Assembly (NCBI GenBank): GCA_045863395.1
Contig: BTVJ01000005.1
Location: forward strand, 1 to 64,000
Origin: Myxococcales bacterium
GTDB lineage: Bacteria; Myxococcota_A; UBA9042; JABWCM01; BTVJ01
Direction: 5' to 3'
Length of the DNA stretch: 64,000 nt
The translations under genes were made by a program, and so were the position numbers. Positions 1 through 8,916 of this stretch are shown piece after piece (position 1 is the stretch's first letter; each line of letters opens with the position of its first letter). Under the pieces are notes generated by a model. The model had not been told where the DNA came from. It was given only the letters and a program-made list of their open reading frames with translations, and did not search any database.

Positions 1-2
1 CG

Positions 3-644
3 GTGGTCGCCCGCCTCGCCGTGGCGCCGATCTTCAGCACCGCCGGCTACCCCGAAGCGCGGGGCAAGATCGAGCGCTTCAATCGAAGCCTCCAGGCCCG
101 CACTCTGCGAGCCCTCTGCCGCGCCGACGTCGACCCGGACCTCGGCGCCCTGCAACTGCGGCTGCAGCACGACCTCTTCGAGGTCTACAACCACCTGCCC
201 CACGAGTCGCTGGGCGGTCGCACACCGCACGAGGTCTTTCATGGTGGCCGCGCCCTGCGCCCCATCGCCTCGGAAGACTGGCTTCGCGAGTGCTTCACCC
301 TGCCCGAGGAGCGCACCGTCAGCGCCGACCACGTCGTCCGCCACGGCGGCGCGCTGTGGGAGGTGCCCCGCGGCCTGGCGCGCCAGAAGATCCTGGTCCA
401 CCGGCACCTGCTCGAGGGGCCCGACGCCCTCAGCGTGCTCCACGAGGGCCAGAGGGTGCGCCTGTGCCGCCTCGACCCGCACTTCAACGCAACCTCGGGC
501 CGCGCCCGCGATCCGCGCGCCCCCGAGACACCGACCGAGCCGCCTCCCACGGCCTCGATGCTCCGATACAACCACGACCACCCGTCGATGCTGGCCCCCG
601 ATGGCGGCTACGTCGACCCACTCCCCGACAAGGAGGACCGATGA
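3..644 (+). CDS. DDE-type integrase/transposase with Mu-transposase C-terminal-like domain (5' partial)
   Basis: Catalytic-E helix 'YPEARGKIERFNRSLQ', 'YNHLPHESLGGRTP', and Mu_transpos_C-like 'ERTVSADHVVRHGGALWEVP'. Runs off the window start. Confidence 0.9.
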   Translation: MVARLAVAPIFSTAGYPEARGKIERFNRSLQARTLRALCRADVDPDLGALQLRLQHDLFEVYNHLPHESLGGRTPHEVFHGGRALRPIASEDWLRECFTLPEERTVSADHVVRHGGALWEVPRGLARQKILVHRHLLEGPDALSVLHEGQRVRLCRLDPHFNATSGRARDPRAPETPTEPPPTASMLRYNHDHPSMLAPDGGYVDPLPDKEDR

Positions 645-1459
645 ACTACGACAGCCCCGACCTGCGCGCGCACTTTGCCCTGCGCGCTTTGCCCTTCACG
701 CGCGAGCTGCCCGTCGAGCAGCGCTGGAGTCACCCACAGTACGACGACGCCGTGCGCGCCCTGCTCGCCGTCATCAAGAACCGGATGAGCGGTGCGCTGA
801 TCGCCCCGGCGGGCACCGGCAAGACCGTCGTACTGCGCGCCATCAAGAGCCTCCTACCAGAGGCCCGCTACCGCGTGCACTACGTCAAGGTGACCGCCTT
901 GTCCCGCCGCGACTTCACCCGCGAGCTGTGCCGCGTCGTCCAGGTCTCCCCCGCGGGCCACTACAACACCCTCGTCGAGCGCTTCCAGGAGCGCGCCACC
1001 GACCTGCTCAACAACGACAGCATCCGCCCCGTGCTGCTCATCGACGAGGCCCACGACATGCGCCCCGAGGTGCTCGCCACCGTCCGCGTCTTGACGAACT
1101 TCGAGATGGACAGCCGCCTCGTCGTCAGCGTCATCCTCTGCGGCCAGGGCGCTCTGCGTCAGGCCCTACAGCGCCCAGACCTCGAGGCCGTCAGCCGGCG
1201 CCTCGCCCACGTCGGTACCCTCAAGCTCCTCAGCCGCCCCGAGACCGCCGACTACGTCGCCCACCGCCTTGCTTCAGTGGGAGCCGGCGCGGGCCTCTTC
1301 GCACCCCACTCCCTCGACGCCGTCCATGAGATCGCCGGCGGAAACCTCCGGGCCACCGACCGCCTCGCCCTCAAGGCCCTGGAGCTCGCCGCAGCGGCCG
1401 GCGCCTCCACCGTGGCCGTCGAGCACGTCGTCACCGCCCGCCACACCCTGCTGCCATGA
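641..1459 (+). CDS. ExeA/AAA_22-family ATPase (MuB/TnsC-like transposition regulator)
   Basis: AGGAGG RBS at 631-636, ATG 641 overlaps transposase stop. Walker A 'APAGTGKT', Walker B 'LLIDEAH', 'VILCGQ', 'GGNLR'. Confidence 0.9.
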   Translation: MNYDSPDLRAHFALRALPFTRELPVEQRWSHPQYDDAVRALLAVIKNRMSGALIAPAGTGKTVVLRAIKSLLPEARYRVHYVKVTALSRRDFTRELCRVVQVSPAGHYNTLVERFQERATDLLNNDSIRPVLLIDEAHDMRPEVLATVRVLTNFEMDSRLVVSVILCGQGALRQALQRPDLEAVSRRLAHVGTLKLLSRPETADYVAHRLASVGAGAGLFAPHSLDAVHEIAGGNLRATDRLALKALELAAAAGASTVAVEHVVTARHTLLP

Positions 1460-2397
1460 GCGACAAGAAGCTGACTCCACCTCTGCCCATCCAGTGGCCC
1501 GAAGAGCTGGCCACCCCAAGCCCGGATCTCCGGTGGCTCGTCGAGCCCCTCTGGCTACGCACCGGCGTCGGCGTCATCGGCGGGACGCCCAAGTCCTACA
1601 AGACCTGGCTCGCCCTCGAGATCGCCACCGCCGCCGCGACCGACACTCCCTGCCTTGGCCGCTTCCCCGTCCGGGCACCGGGAGCCGCTCTCCTCTGTCT
1701 CGCCGAACACGAACTCCCTGCCGTCCGCGAGCGTCTCGCCGCCCTCGCGAAAGCACGGCACCGCTCACTCCTCGGCCTCAACATGCGCATCATCAGTGCC
1801 CCCTCGTTGCGCCTCAACCTCGACGAAGACATGCGTCGGCTCGCCGCCACGGTGCGGGATATCCGTCCCCGCCTGCTGGTCCTCGACCCCCTGGCCGCCC
1901 TCCTCCCAGATGCCGCGAACGACGCCAAGGCCCTCGCCCACCTCCTCGAGAGACTGCGAGCAATCCAGCGCCACTACGACGTCGCCGTGCTCCTCGTCCA
2001 CCACACAGGCCCCAGCGGGAGCCCTCGGGGGCACCGCCAGGCGCCCTGTGCCGCGGACGACCTGCTTGCCTGGAGTGACTCCAACATCATCCTCACCCGA
2101 AACGATGGGGCCGTCACCCTCACAGCCCACCACCGCTCCGCCCCGGACCCAAAGCCCCTCTCCCTTTGCCTGACCGGCGAGCTTCCCTCCCTCCTCGCAG
2201 TCGACCTCGATGCCCACTCCGCAAGGCGCTCCCTCGAAGACCGCCTCGTCGAACAACTCCGCCTTCAAGACCGCCCCATCTCACGCCCCCACCTACGCGC
2301 CCTACTCGACACCGAGGACCACCTCCTCCAAGAGGCCCTCACCAGGCTCCACAAGCTCGGCGCCATCCAACCTCCCCCCGACGACTGGTCCGCCTGA
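1456..2397 (+). CDS. AAA_25 / RepA-like RecA-family ATPase with C-terminal wHTH-like region, motifs partly degenerate
   Basis: 'RWLVEPLW..GVGVIGGTPKSYKT', 'LLVLDPL', 'VLLVHH', 'LAWSDS'. Confidence 0.8.
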   Translation: MSDKKLTPPLPIQWPEELATPSPDLRWLVEPLWLRTGVGVIGGTPKSYKTWLALEIATAAATDTPCLGRFPVRAPGAALLCLAEHELPAVRERLAALAKARHRSLLGLNMRIISAPSLRLNLDEDMRRLAATVRDIRPRLLVLDPLAALLPDAANDAKALAHLLERLRAIQRHYDVAVLLVHHTGPSGSPRGHRQAPCAADDLLAWSDSNIILTRNDGAVTLTAHHRSAPDPKPLSLCLTGELPSLLAVDLDAHSARRSLEDRLVEQLRLQDRPISRPHLRALLDTEDHLLQEALTRLHKLGAIQPPPDDWSA

Positions 2398-2601
2398 CCC
2401 GGCCAGCACCACCTCCCTCAGCGCCCACTTGACGCAGGACACGCCCCCCACCCACCTGCGCACCTCCTCCGCCCGACGCACTGCCATCCCCGATGCAACG
2501 GGGACCGGCGCCGGGCGTGCAACGCAACACTCGGGACCCTGCTTCACCCAGGCGCGCAGAGACGGTCGCCGGGAGAGTCCCACATCACTCCCGAGCACCG
2601 C

Positions 2602-5600
2602 TCAGGCGCCGCCCACCATGCGACGCGCGTCTGCCATCGCCGTGTCGAGGAGGGGCCGGGGGACGTCGGGGGATCGGGCGAGGGCCCACGCGCGCAGGAT
2701 GGACGCCGCCTCCTCGTCGCTGGCGTGGCCGCGCGGCATGGCGTCGGCATAGAGCCAGAGGGCGACGCGCTCGGGTGGGGGAGGGTCGGCGGACGCGCGG
2801 TGGCAGACCACCGCCAGCATGGACGCCCCGAGCGACTCCAGCGCGTCGGCCGGCGCGTCGGTGCACAGCAGCTCCGCGGCGCGCAGCTTGCGGCGCGCAA
2901 GGTCGAGCATGGGCGCGCTCGCCACCTGAGGCGGGCGCTCCCACACGGGCTCGGCGCCCGCCAATGGCCCCGCTCCGAGGCGGCCGAGCGCCGCCGCCGC
3001 GCGGCTGTCGATGACGGCGACCGGGACGCCGAGCACGGTGTCTCCCACGGCCCGCGCCGCGTCGTCCATGGTGTCGACCACCACGAGGAGCCCACCCCTC
3101 ATGCCGAGCACCCTCTCGATGCGCCCGGCGAGCGCCTCTTGGACGGCAACGAGAGCCGCGGCAACATCGGGCTCCCCGCGGACGGGCTCGGGCACCTCCT
3201 CCTCGCGGGCGGAGTCGAGGCTCTCCTGGTCAGCCGAAACCCCGGACGGCGCCTCGGGAGACGGCCGCGCCTGCGCCTCTACACCCGTGTCCTCGAGCAG
3301 CTCCACGGCCAGATCCAGCGAGCGCTTGGTCAGGCCGACCACGTCCACGCCCGCCTCCTCGTCGACCACCCCCTCGAACAGCGCGCGCTTGCCGCCGCCC
3401 AGCTCGGCGACCCGCTGCTCGTAGGAGTCGGCCGCCAGCAGCGTGATCACATGCACCGGCTCGCGCTGCCCAAGACGGTGGGCCCGCCCGATCCGCTGCG
3501 CCAAGATGGCCGGGTTCCACGGCACCTCCAGGTTGATCACCACCGTCGCCGCCTGGAGGTTGAGCCCGACGCCCCCCGCGTCCGTGGACAGGAACACCTG
3601 CACCGCCGGGTCCGTCTGGAAGCGCTCCACCAGCTCGCCGCGCTTCGTCGAGGGCACGCCGCCGTGGAGCCGCACCACGCCGAGCTTGAGGGAGCGCGCC
3701 ACGTCCTCGGCCATCGCCGTCATGCGCTCCCACTGGGAGAACACGATGACCTTGCGGCCGTCGCCCACGCACAGCTCCTCCAGGAGCCGCCCCAGCTCGT
3801 CGAGCTTCGGCGAGCCGACGGTGACGCCGTCGACGAGCCCCGCAGCGTTGCAGGCCATGCGCGCCTGCTGGAGGGCGGCCATCAGCTTGTGCTCCTCCGA
3901 CGGCGTCAGCGGGCGCCTGTGGAGGATGGCTGCGAGGGACCCCGCGTTCATCAGAGCGCCGGCGTGCAGCTCCTGCTGGCGGGCGGAGAGCGGCAGGTCG
4001 AGCCGCAGCTCGGTGCGGTCCGGGAGCTGGTCGCGCACCAGCGAGCGGTCGCGGCGGAGCATCACGGGCGCCAGGCGCCGTCGCAGCTCACCGAGGTTGC
4101 GGTACCCGATTACGCGCCCGTTCGGAGTCGTGACGTGGAAGTCCACGAGGAAGCGCCACAGGGGGCCGAGCACCCGCGGGTCGACCACCTGCATCAGGCT
4201 GTAGAGGTCCTCCAGCCGGTTCTCGAGCGGCGTGCCGGTCAGCACGAAGGCATAGCGCGTCCGCAGCGCCTTGATGGCGGCCGCCGCCTTGGTGCGCCAG
4301 TTCCGGATGCGCTGCGCCTCGTCCAGCACGAGCAGGTCGGGGCGCAGGTCCTCCTGAATCACCGAGTGGTCCCGCAGCACCACCTCGTAGTTGGTGATGG
4401 CGAAGGCCGGGCGCTGCCGGTACAGCACGCGCCGGGCCGCCGCGCCCCCCTCGATGACCAGCGCGTCCTGGTCCGTGAACCGCGCGATCTCGCGGGCCCA
4501 CTGGCGCTTGAGCGACGTCGGGCACACGACAAGCACCGTGCGCACCCCGGCGTCGTCCATGAGCCAGCGCGCCGCGGCGATGGTCTGGAGCGTCTTGCCG
4601 AGCCCCATGTCGTCGGCGAGCAGCGCCCTCCCGTTGGACGCCAGGAACGCGACCCCCTCTACCTGGTATGGATAGAGCCGCGCGCGCACGCCGGGCAGCG
4701 TTCCGCCGGAGTGCTGGATATCCCGCCGGATGCGCGCCGCGTCGGCAGACCGGGCCGCCTCGGCGCCGAGGCGCGCGGCCAGCTCCCGCACCTCGTCGCC
4801 GACCAGCACGTCGTCGCGCCCGTCCAACGCCTCGAGCAGCCCATGGATGGCGCTGGCCGGCCCCCGCAGGAGCCCATCCGCCCCGAAGAGCCCTCCGTGG
4901 AGCGCCCGCACCTCCGGTGTCGCAGCGGGAGACATCACGAGCCGCACCCGCGGCGCCCCAGGCACGTCCCAGGCGAGCCCCACGAAGGGCGCGGGCGGCG
5001 CCCCTGCCTTCCTCCCCCGCTTGCGCAGCCGGTGGAGCACCGCCTCGATGTGCTTGCACGTGCCGAGCAGGTTGACCGCGAAGTCGGGGCAGTTGCAGTG
5101 GTTGGCGCGCTCGTCCAGGCTGCGGATCTGCACGCGCCACGCCGGCGGCGCATAGGGAGACCGCTCAACGGAGCGCGCCTCCCAGACCCCGAAGGCCGGC
5201 GCGCCGGACACATGCTCGACCAGCACGCCCGTCCGCCCGCGCTGCCGGCGCTCCTCCACCTGCGCATCCGCCGCCGACGCCACCTGCGCGTTGTTGGCCC
5301 CCTGGCGCGCCGACCACGCCAGCAGCACGGCGACGATGTGCTTGCACACGGGCTCCGCGTCGTAGGGACAGGTGCAGCCCATGGTCGGGTCCGCCCCGCC
5401 TTCGAGCAGCACCTCGTAGGGCGACTCGGGCACCGAGCCCTCGACCTGCGCCACGACTCCGCCATCGATGACCCGCAGCCCGATGACCCGGTTCTCTTGA
5501 AAGTACGCGATCCCCCGCCGGATCACGTCGTCGGACACCAGCCCCCGCAGGTCGTCCAGGTCCACGGTCCACGTATCGCCGCTGTGCGCGCCCTCGCTGC

Positions 5601-5604
5601 CCAT
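2602..5604 (-). CDS. SWIM zinc finger-containing SNF2 family helicase
   Basis: Two SWIM motifs (CTCP..CKH, CNCPD..CKH), 'LYPYQ', 'LADDMGLGKT', 'DEAQ', 'LTGTPLEN', 'GVGLNLQ', 'QRIGRAHR'. RBS GGAGGTGAGG before the ATG. Confidence 0.93.
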   Translation of the reverse strand: MGSEGAHSGDTWTVDLDDLRGLVSDDVIRRGIAYFQENRVIGLRVIDGGVVAQVEGSVPESPYEVLLEGGADPTMGCTCPYDAEPVCKHIVAVLLAWSARQGANNAQVASAADAQVEERRQRGRTGVLVEHVSGAPAFGVWEARSVERSPYAPPAWRVQIRSLDERANHCNCPDFAVNLLGTCKHIEAVLHRLRKRGRKAGAPPAPFVGLAWDVPGAPRVRLVMSPAATPEVRALHGGLFGADGLLRGPASAIHGLLEALDGRDDVLVGDEVRELAARLGAEAARSADAARIRRDIQHSGGTLPGVRARLYPYQVEGVAFLASNGRALLADDMGLGKTLQTIAAARWLMDDAGVRTVLVVCPTSLKRQWAREIARFTDQDALVIEGGAAARRVLYRQRPAFAITNYEVVLRDHSVIQEDLRPDLLVLDEAQRIRNWRTKAAAAIKALRTRYAFVLTGTPLENRLEDLYSLMQVVDPRVLGPLWRFLVDFHVTTPNGRVIGYRNLGELRRRLAPVMLRRDRSLVRDQLPDRTELRLDLPLSARQQELHAGALMNAGSLAAILHRRPLTPSEEHKLMAALQQARMACNAAGLVDGVTVGSPKLDELGRLLEELCVGDGRKVIVFSQWERMTAMAEDVARSLKLGVVRLHGGVPSTKRGELVERFQTDPAVQVFLSTDAGGVGLNLQAATVVINLEVPWNPAILAQRIGRAHRLGQREPVHVITLLAADSYEQRVAELGGGKRALFEGVVDEEAGVDVVGLTKRSLDLAVELLEDTGVEAQARPSPEAPSGVSADQESLDSAREEEVPEPVRGEPDVAAALVAVQEALAGRIERVLGMRGGLLVVVDTMDDAARAVGDTVLGVPVAVIDSRAAAALGRLGAGPLAGAEPVWERPPQVASAPMLDLARRKLRAAELLCTDAPADALESLGASMLAVVCHRASADPPPPERVALWLYADAMPRGHASDEEAASILRAWALARSPDVPRPLLDTAMADARRMVGGA

Positions 5605-5831
5605 GCCTCACCTCCAGCCGGGACGTGAGACTGCCCCTCCGGCAGCGCTCGGTCAAGGGTCCACCTTGGCGATTCGGGGCTCGGTGAAGGCGAGACGACC
5701 CGCCAGGACTTTGCCGGCCCATCCCGCTTCTCGACACGTCGCCCTGCGCTGGTCCGGGAGCTCGCAATCAACGCCGCACCTCGCCGGGCGAAGTCGCGCC
5801 CCAGCAACCACCTCAAGCAGGAACGACGACC

Positions 5832-6185
5832 ATGAAAAACATGCGCATGAAGGACATCCATGAGGCACATCGGCCACGGGAACGGCCGCCGCCAGCGCGG
5901 ACCGTGGCTACGAGCGAGCTCCTGGCGGTTCTGCTCGGGAGCGGGTCCCGGGGGCAGAACGCCATCGAGCCGGCGGCCCGCATCCTCGCGTCGAGCCACG
6001 GGTGGCCGCGCCTTGCGGGCCACTCCTACCATGGGCCGTGCGCGATTCGCGGGATTGGCCCTGCGAAGGCGGCGCGCTTGTGCGCGGGCGTCGAGCTGGG
6101 CCGGCGTGCCACAGCCCCCTCAGACGATCAGCGCGTTGGCGGCCGTGCCGTTGACGAGGGTTTCTTTGGGAGCTATCAGTGGTGA
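5832..6185 (+). pseudogene. radC: radC (UPF0758) N-terminal fragment
   Basis: 'RPRER..SELLAVLLGSG..AIRGIGPAKAARLCAGVELGRR' matches the RadC HhH N-terminus. The JAB domain does not follow. Confidence 0.8.
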
Positions 6186-6190
6186 TAGCA
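6151..6190 (+). promoter_or_regulatory. Promoter and FitA-type operator of the TA cassette
   Basis: TTGACG (6151-6156), 17 nt, TATCAG (6174-6179). Inverted repeat AGCTATCA-gtgg-TGATAGCA (6171-6190) overlaps the -10. Confidence 0.7.
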
Positions 6191-6204
6191 CCCAGGAGGA
6201 CTGC

Positions 6205-6435
6205 ATGGCCCAGGTTGTCATCCGCAATATCGACGACGCCGTCGTCGAGGCGCTCCGCGAGAGGGCGGCGCTGCATCGACGGTCGCTGGAGCAGGAGCTG
6301 CGGCTTGTACTCGCTGCCGCGGCGAGGCCCGCTCCAGAGGACCGTGTGGCTCTGGCGCTGCGAATCCAAGAGCTGACGCTTCCGGGGGAGCAGTCAGACA
6401 GCACGGCCCTTGTGCGCGCGGATCGGGACCGATGA
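6205..6435 (+). CDS. FitA-like ribbon-helix-helix antitoxin
   Basis: AGGAGG RBS. 'MAQVVIRNIDDAVVEALRERAALHRRSLEQELRLVL' is the FitA/StbC RHH pattern. ATGA overlap with the PIN toxin. Confidence 0.9.
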   Translation: MAQVVIRNIDDAVVEALRERAALHRRSLEQELRLVLAAAARPAPEDRVALALRIQELTLPGEQSDSTALVRADRDR

Positions 6436-6845
6436 CCACGGTGCTCGACGCGAGCGTCGTCGTGAAGTGCTTCGTCCGGGAGCGCGGATCCGACGAGGCG
6501 CTCACTGCGCTGAGTGCTGCGGGCGCGCTGGTGGCGCCGGATCTTCTGTTCGCGGAGGTGTGCAACGTGCTCTGGAAGAAGACGCGCCGAAGCGAGATCG
6601 ACGCGCCGCACGCCGCCCGGGTTCTGCGAGCCCTCTCCACCCTCTTCGATCAGGTCGTCCCGACCGGCGGCCTGATCGTTCGGGCCCTGGAAATAGCGGT
6701 CGCGCTGGATCACCCTGCCTATGACGCGATCTACATTGCGCTCGCAGAATCCGCCGACGCCCATCTGGTCACCGACGACGCGCGGCTCGTCGCCAGAGTG
6801 CGGGACACTCAGTGGGGGGGGCGGGTCAGATCGCTCCGGGGGTGA
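6432..6845 (+). CDS. vapC: PIN-domain VapC/FitB-family toxin
   Basis: 'VLDASVVVK', 'APDLLFAEVCNVLWK', 'YDAIYIALA', 'LVTDD'. Confidence 0.92.
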   Translation: MTTVLDASVVVKCFVRERGSDEALTALSAAGALVAPDLLFAEVCNVLWKKTRRSEIDAPHAARVLRALSTLFDQVVPTGGLIVRALEIAVALDHPAYDAIYIALAESADAHLVTDDARLVARVRDTQWGGRVRSLRG

Positions 6846-6993
6846 TCACGGAGCCATGACCCGTCGCCTCGTGGCCGCCGGTAGGACCGTTGGAGTCGAG
6901 GTGCTGGACCACTTCGGGGCTGAGAGGCACGTCTCTCTGCCTGAGCGGCGGCTCGGCTTCGACTCGACGGGGACGATGGACGGCATCGGCTGA
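6841..6993 (+). pseudogene. radC: radC C-terminal remnant
   Basis: 'DHGAMTRRLVAAGRTVGVEVLDHFGAERHVSLPE' matches RadC C-terminus D..T.RL..AG..LG..VLDH....Y.S..E. Confidence 0.7.
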
Positions 6994-7142
6994 ACGTGCG
7001 GAGCGCAACAACGACAGCAAGTCTCCGAACGTCGTAGCCGTGTCCGCGGCCCCCGGCTGGCGCTTCGAACGCGCCTGAGGCCGGCACAGCGGGTGTGTCA
7101 CGACAAGGCACTGTCACACGAAGTGTGCAGGCTCGCCTCCCG

Positions 7143-8819
7143 TCACCGCGTCAGCTTCTTGTACTTGATGCGGTGGGGCTCCGTGGCGTCCTGGCCGAAC
7201 TGCTTCTTCTTCCAGACCTCGTAGTCGTCGAAGTTGCCCTCGAACCAGTCGACGCGGCTCTCGCCCTCGAAGGCCAGGATGTGGGTCGCCATGCGGTCGA
7301 GAAACCAGCGGTCGTGGCTGATGCAGAGCACGCAGCCGGCGAAGTTGGTCAGGGCCTCCTCCAGGGCGCGCAGCGTGTCCACGTCGAGGTCGTTGGTCGG
7401 CTCGTCGAGCAGCAGGATGTTGCCGCCGCTCTTCAGGAGCTTCGCCAGGTGCACCCGGTTGCGCTCGCCACCAGAGAGGGCGCCGACCTGCTTCTGCTGG
7501 TCCGCCCCCTTGAAGCCGAAGCCGGCCACATACGCGCGGCTGTTCACCTTGCGCTTGCCCAGCTCCAGGATCTCCGCGCCGCCGCTGATCTCCTTCCAGA
7601 CCGTGGCCTCCGCGTTCAGGTCCTCGCGGGACTGATCCACGTAGGCCATCTTCACGGTCTCGCCGATGCGGATCGCCCCGCCGTCGGGCTTCTCCTGCCC
7701 CGTCAGCATACGGAACAGCGTGGTCTTGCCCGCGCCGTTGGCCCCGATGATGCCCACGATGGCGCCCGGCTGGATCTTGAAGCTCAGGTCGTCGATGAGC
7801 AGGCGGTCCCCGTAGCCCTTGGAGACGTGCTCCGCCTCGATGACGGTGGTCCCGAGACGCGGCCCCGGCGGAATGACGATCTCGATGGTGCTCTCACGCT
7901 TCTCGCTCTCCTGGGCGAGCATCGCCTCGTAGGCGGACACGCGGGCCTTGCTCTTGGCCTGCCGCGCGCGCGGAGACATGCGCACCCACTCCAGCTCCCG
8001 GGCCAGGGCGCGCTGCCTCGCGGACTCCTGCTTCTCCTCCTGGGCGAGGCGCTTCTGCTTCTGCTCCAGCCACGAGGAGTAGTTTCCCTCCCAGGGGATG
8101 CCGGCGCCCCGGTCGAGCTCCAGGATCCAGCCGACCACGTTGTCCAGGAAGTACCGGTCGTGGGTGACGAGCACCACGGTGCCGCTGTACTCCTGGAGGT
8201 GCCGCTCCAGCCACGCGACGGACTCGGCGTCCAGGTGGTTGGTGGGCTCGTCGAGGAGCAGCAGGTCCGGCTTCTCGAGCAGCAGGCGGCACAGGGCCAC
8301 GCGCCGCCGCTCGCCGCCGGAGAGCTTCGACACGTCCGCGTCCGGCGGCGGCAGTCGCAGCGCGTCCATGGCGATCTCAAGCGTCCGGTCCAGGTCCCAG
8401 GCGTCCGCGGCGTCGATCTTGTCCTGGAGCGCCGCCTGCTCGGCGAGCACGGCCTCCATCTCGTCGCCGTCCAGGTCCTCGCCGAACCGGGCGTTCACCT
8501 CGTCGAAGCGGTGGAGCAGCGCGCGGGTCTCCTTGACGCCCAGCTCCACGTTGCCCAGCACGTCCAGGGAGGGGTCGAGCTCCGGCTCCTGAGGCAGATA
8601 GCCGACCCTCACGCCCTCGGCGGCCCACGCCTCGCCCTGGAACTCCTTGTCCACCCCCGCCATGATGCGGAGCAGCGTGCTCTTGCCGGATCCGTTCAGG
8701 CCGATGACGCCGATCTTCGCCCCGGGGAGGAACGACAGCCACAGGCCCTTGAGGACCTCCTTGTTGGGTGGGTGGACCCGCCGGAGATCCTTCATCGTAT
8801 AGATGTACTGGTAGCTCAT
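7143..8819 (-). CDS. ettA: Energy-dependent translational throttle protein EttA (ABC-F)
   Basis: 'QYIYTM', '[21 protein letters not shown]', two ABC cassettes, '[19 protein letters not shown]' linker, C-terminal '[11 protein letters not shown]'. Confidence 0.97.
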   Translation of the reverse strand: MSYQYIYTMKDLRRVHPPNKEVLKGLWLSFLPGAKIGVIGLNGSGKSTLLRIMAGVDKEFQGEAWAAEGVRVGYLPQEPELDPSLDVLGNVELGVKETRALLHRFDEVNARFGEDLDGDEMEAVLAEQAALQDKIDAADAWDLDRTLEIAMDALRLPPPDADVSKLSGGERRRVALCRLLLEKPDLLLLDEPTNHLDAESVAWLERHLQEYSGTVVLVTHDRYFLDNVVGWILELDRGAGIPWEGNYSSWLEQKQKRLAQEEKQESARQRALARELEWVRMSPRARQAKSKARVSAYEAMLAQESEKRESTIEIVIPPGPRLGTTVIEAEHVSKGYGDRLLIDDLSFKIQPGAIVGIIGANGAGKTTLFRMLTGQEKPDGGAIRIGETVKMAYVDQSREDLNAEATVWKEISGGAEILELGKRKVNSRAYVAGFGFKGADQQKQVGALSGGERNRVHLAKLLKSGGNILLLDEPTNDLDVDTLRALEEALTNFAGCVLCISHDRWFLDRMATHILAFEGESRVDWFEGNFDDYEVWKKKQFGQDATEPHRIKYKKLTR

Positions 8820-8916
8820 CTCGACTCACCTGCTCTGGGTTGGGAGCGGCGCCCCGACCAGGCGGGGGTCCGCGGAGGGCGGAGACTGTACGCGGGAGGA
8901 CCGCGTTTGCAAGGGG

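Larger units (their letters stand above)
1..2529 (+). mobile_element. Right part of a Mu/IS21-like transposon (DDE transposase + AAA regulator + AAA_25 gene), left part outside the window
   Basis: Three genes coupled by ATGA overlaps at 641-644 and 1456-1459. Strongly C-rich + strand. Candidate terminus TGCAACG (2494-2500), TGCAACGCAACA (2518-2529), which reads 5'-TGTTGCG on the other strand. Right boundary is inferred. Confidence 0.65.

Noticed and set aside
1..2529. CRISPR-associated or Tn7-type transposon
   Set aside because: No TniQ/TnsD, Cas gene or array in the window. The missing left part cannot be judged.
6181..6846. GGTGAT direct repeat flanking the TA genes as a target duplication
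   Set aside because: The left copy is part of the operator palindrome. Excision would neither restore the radC frame nor supply its missing middle.
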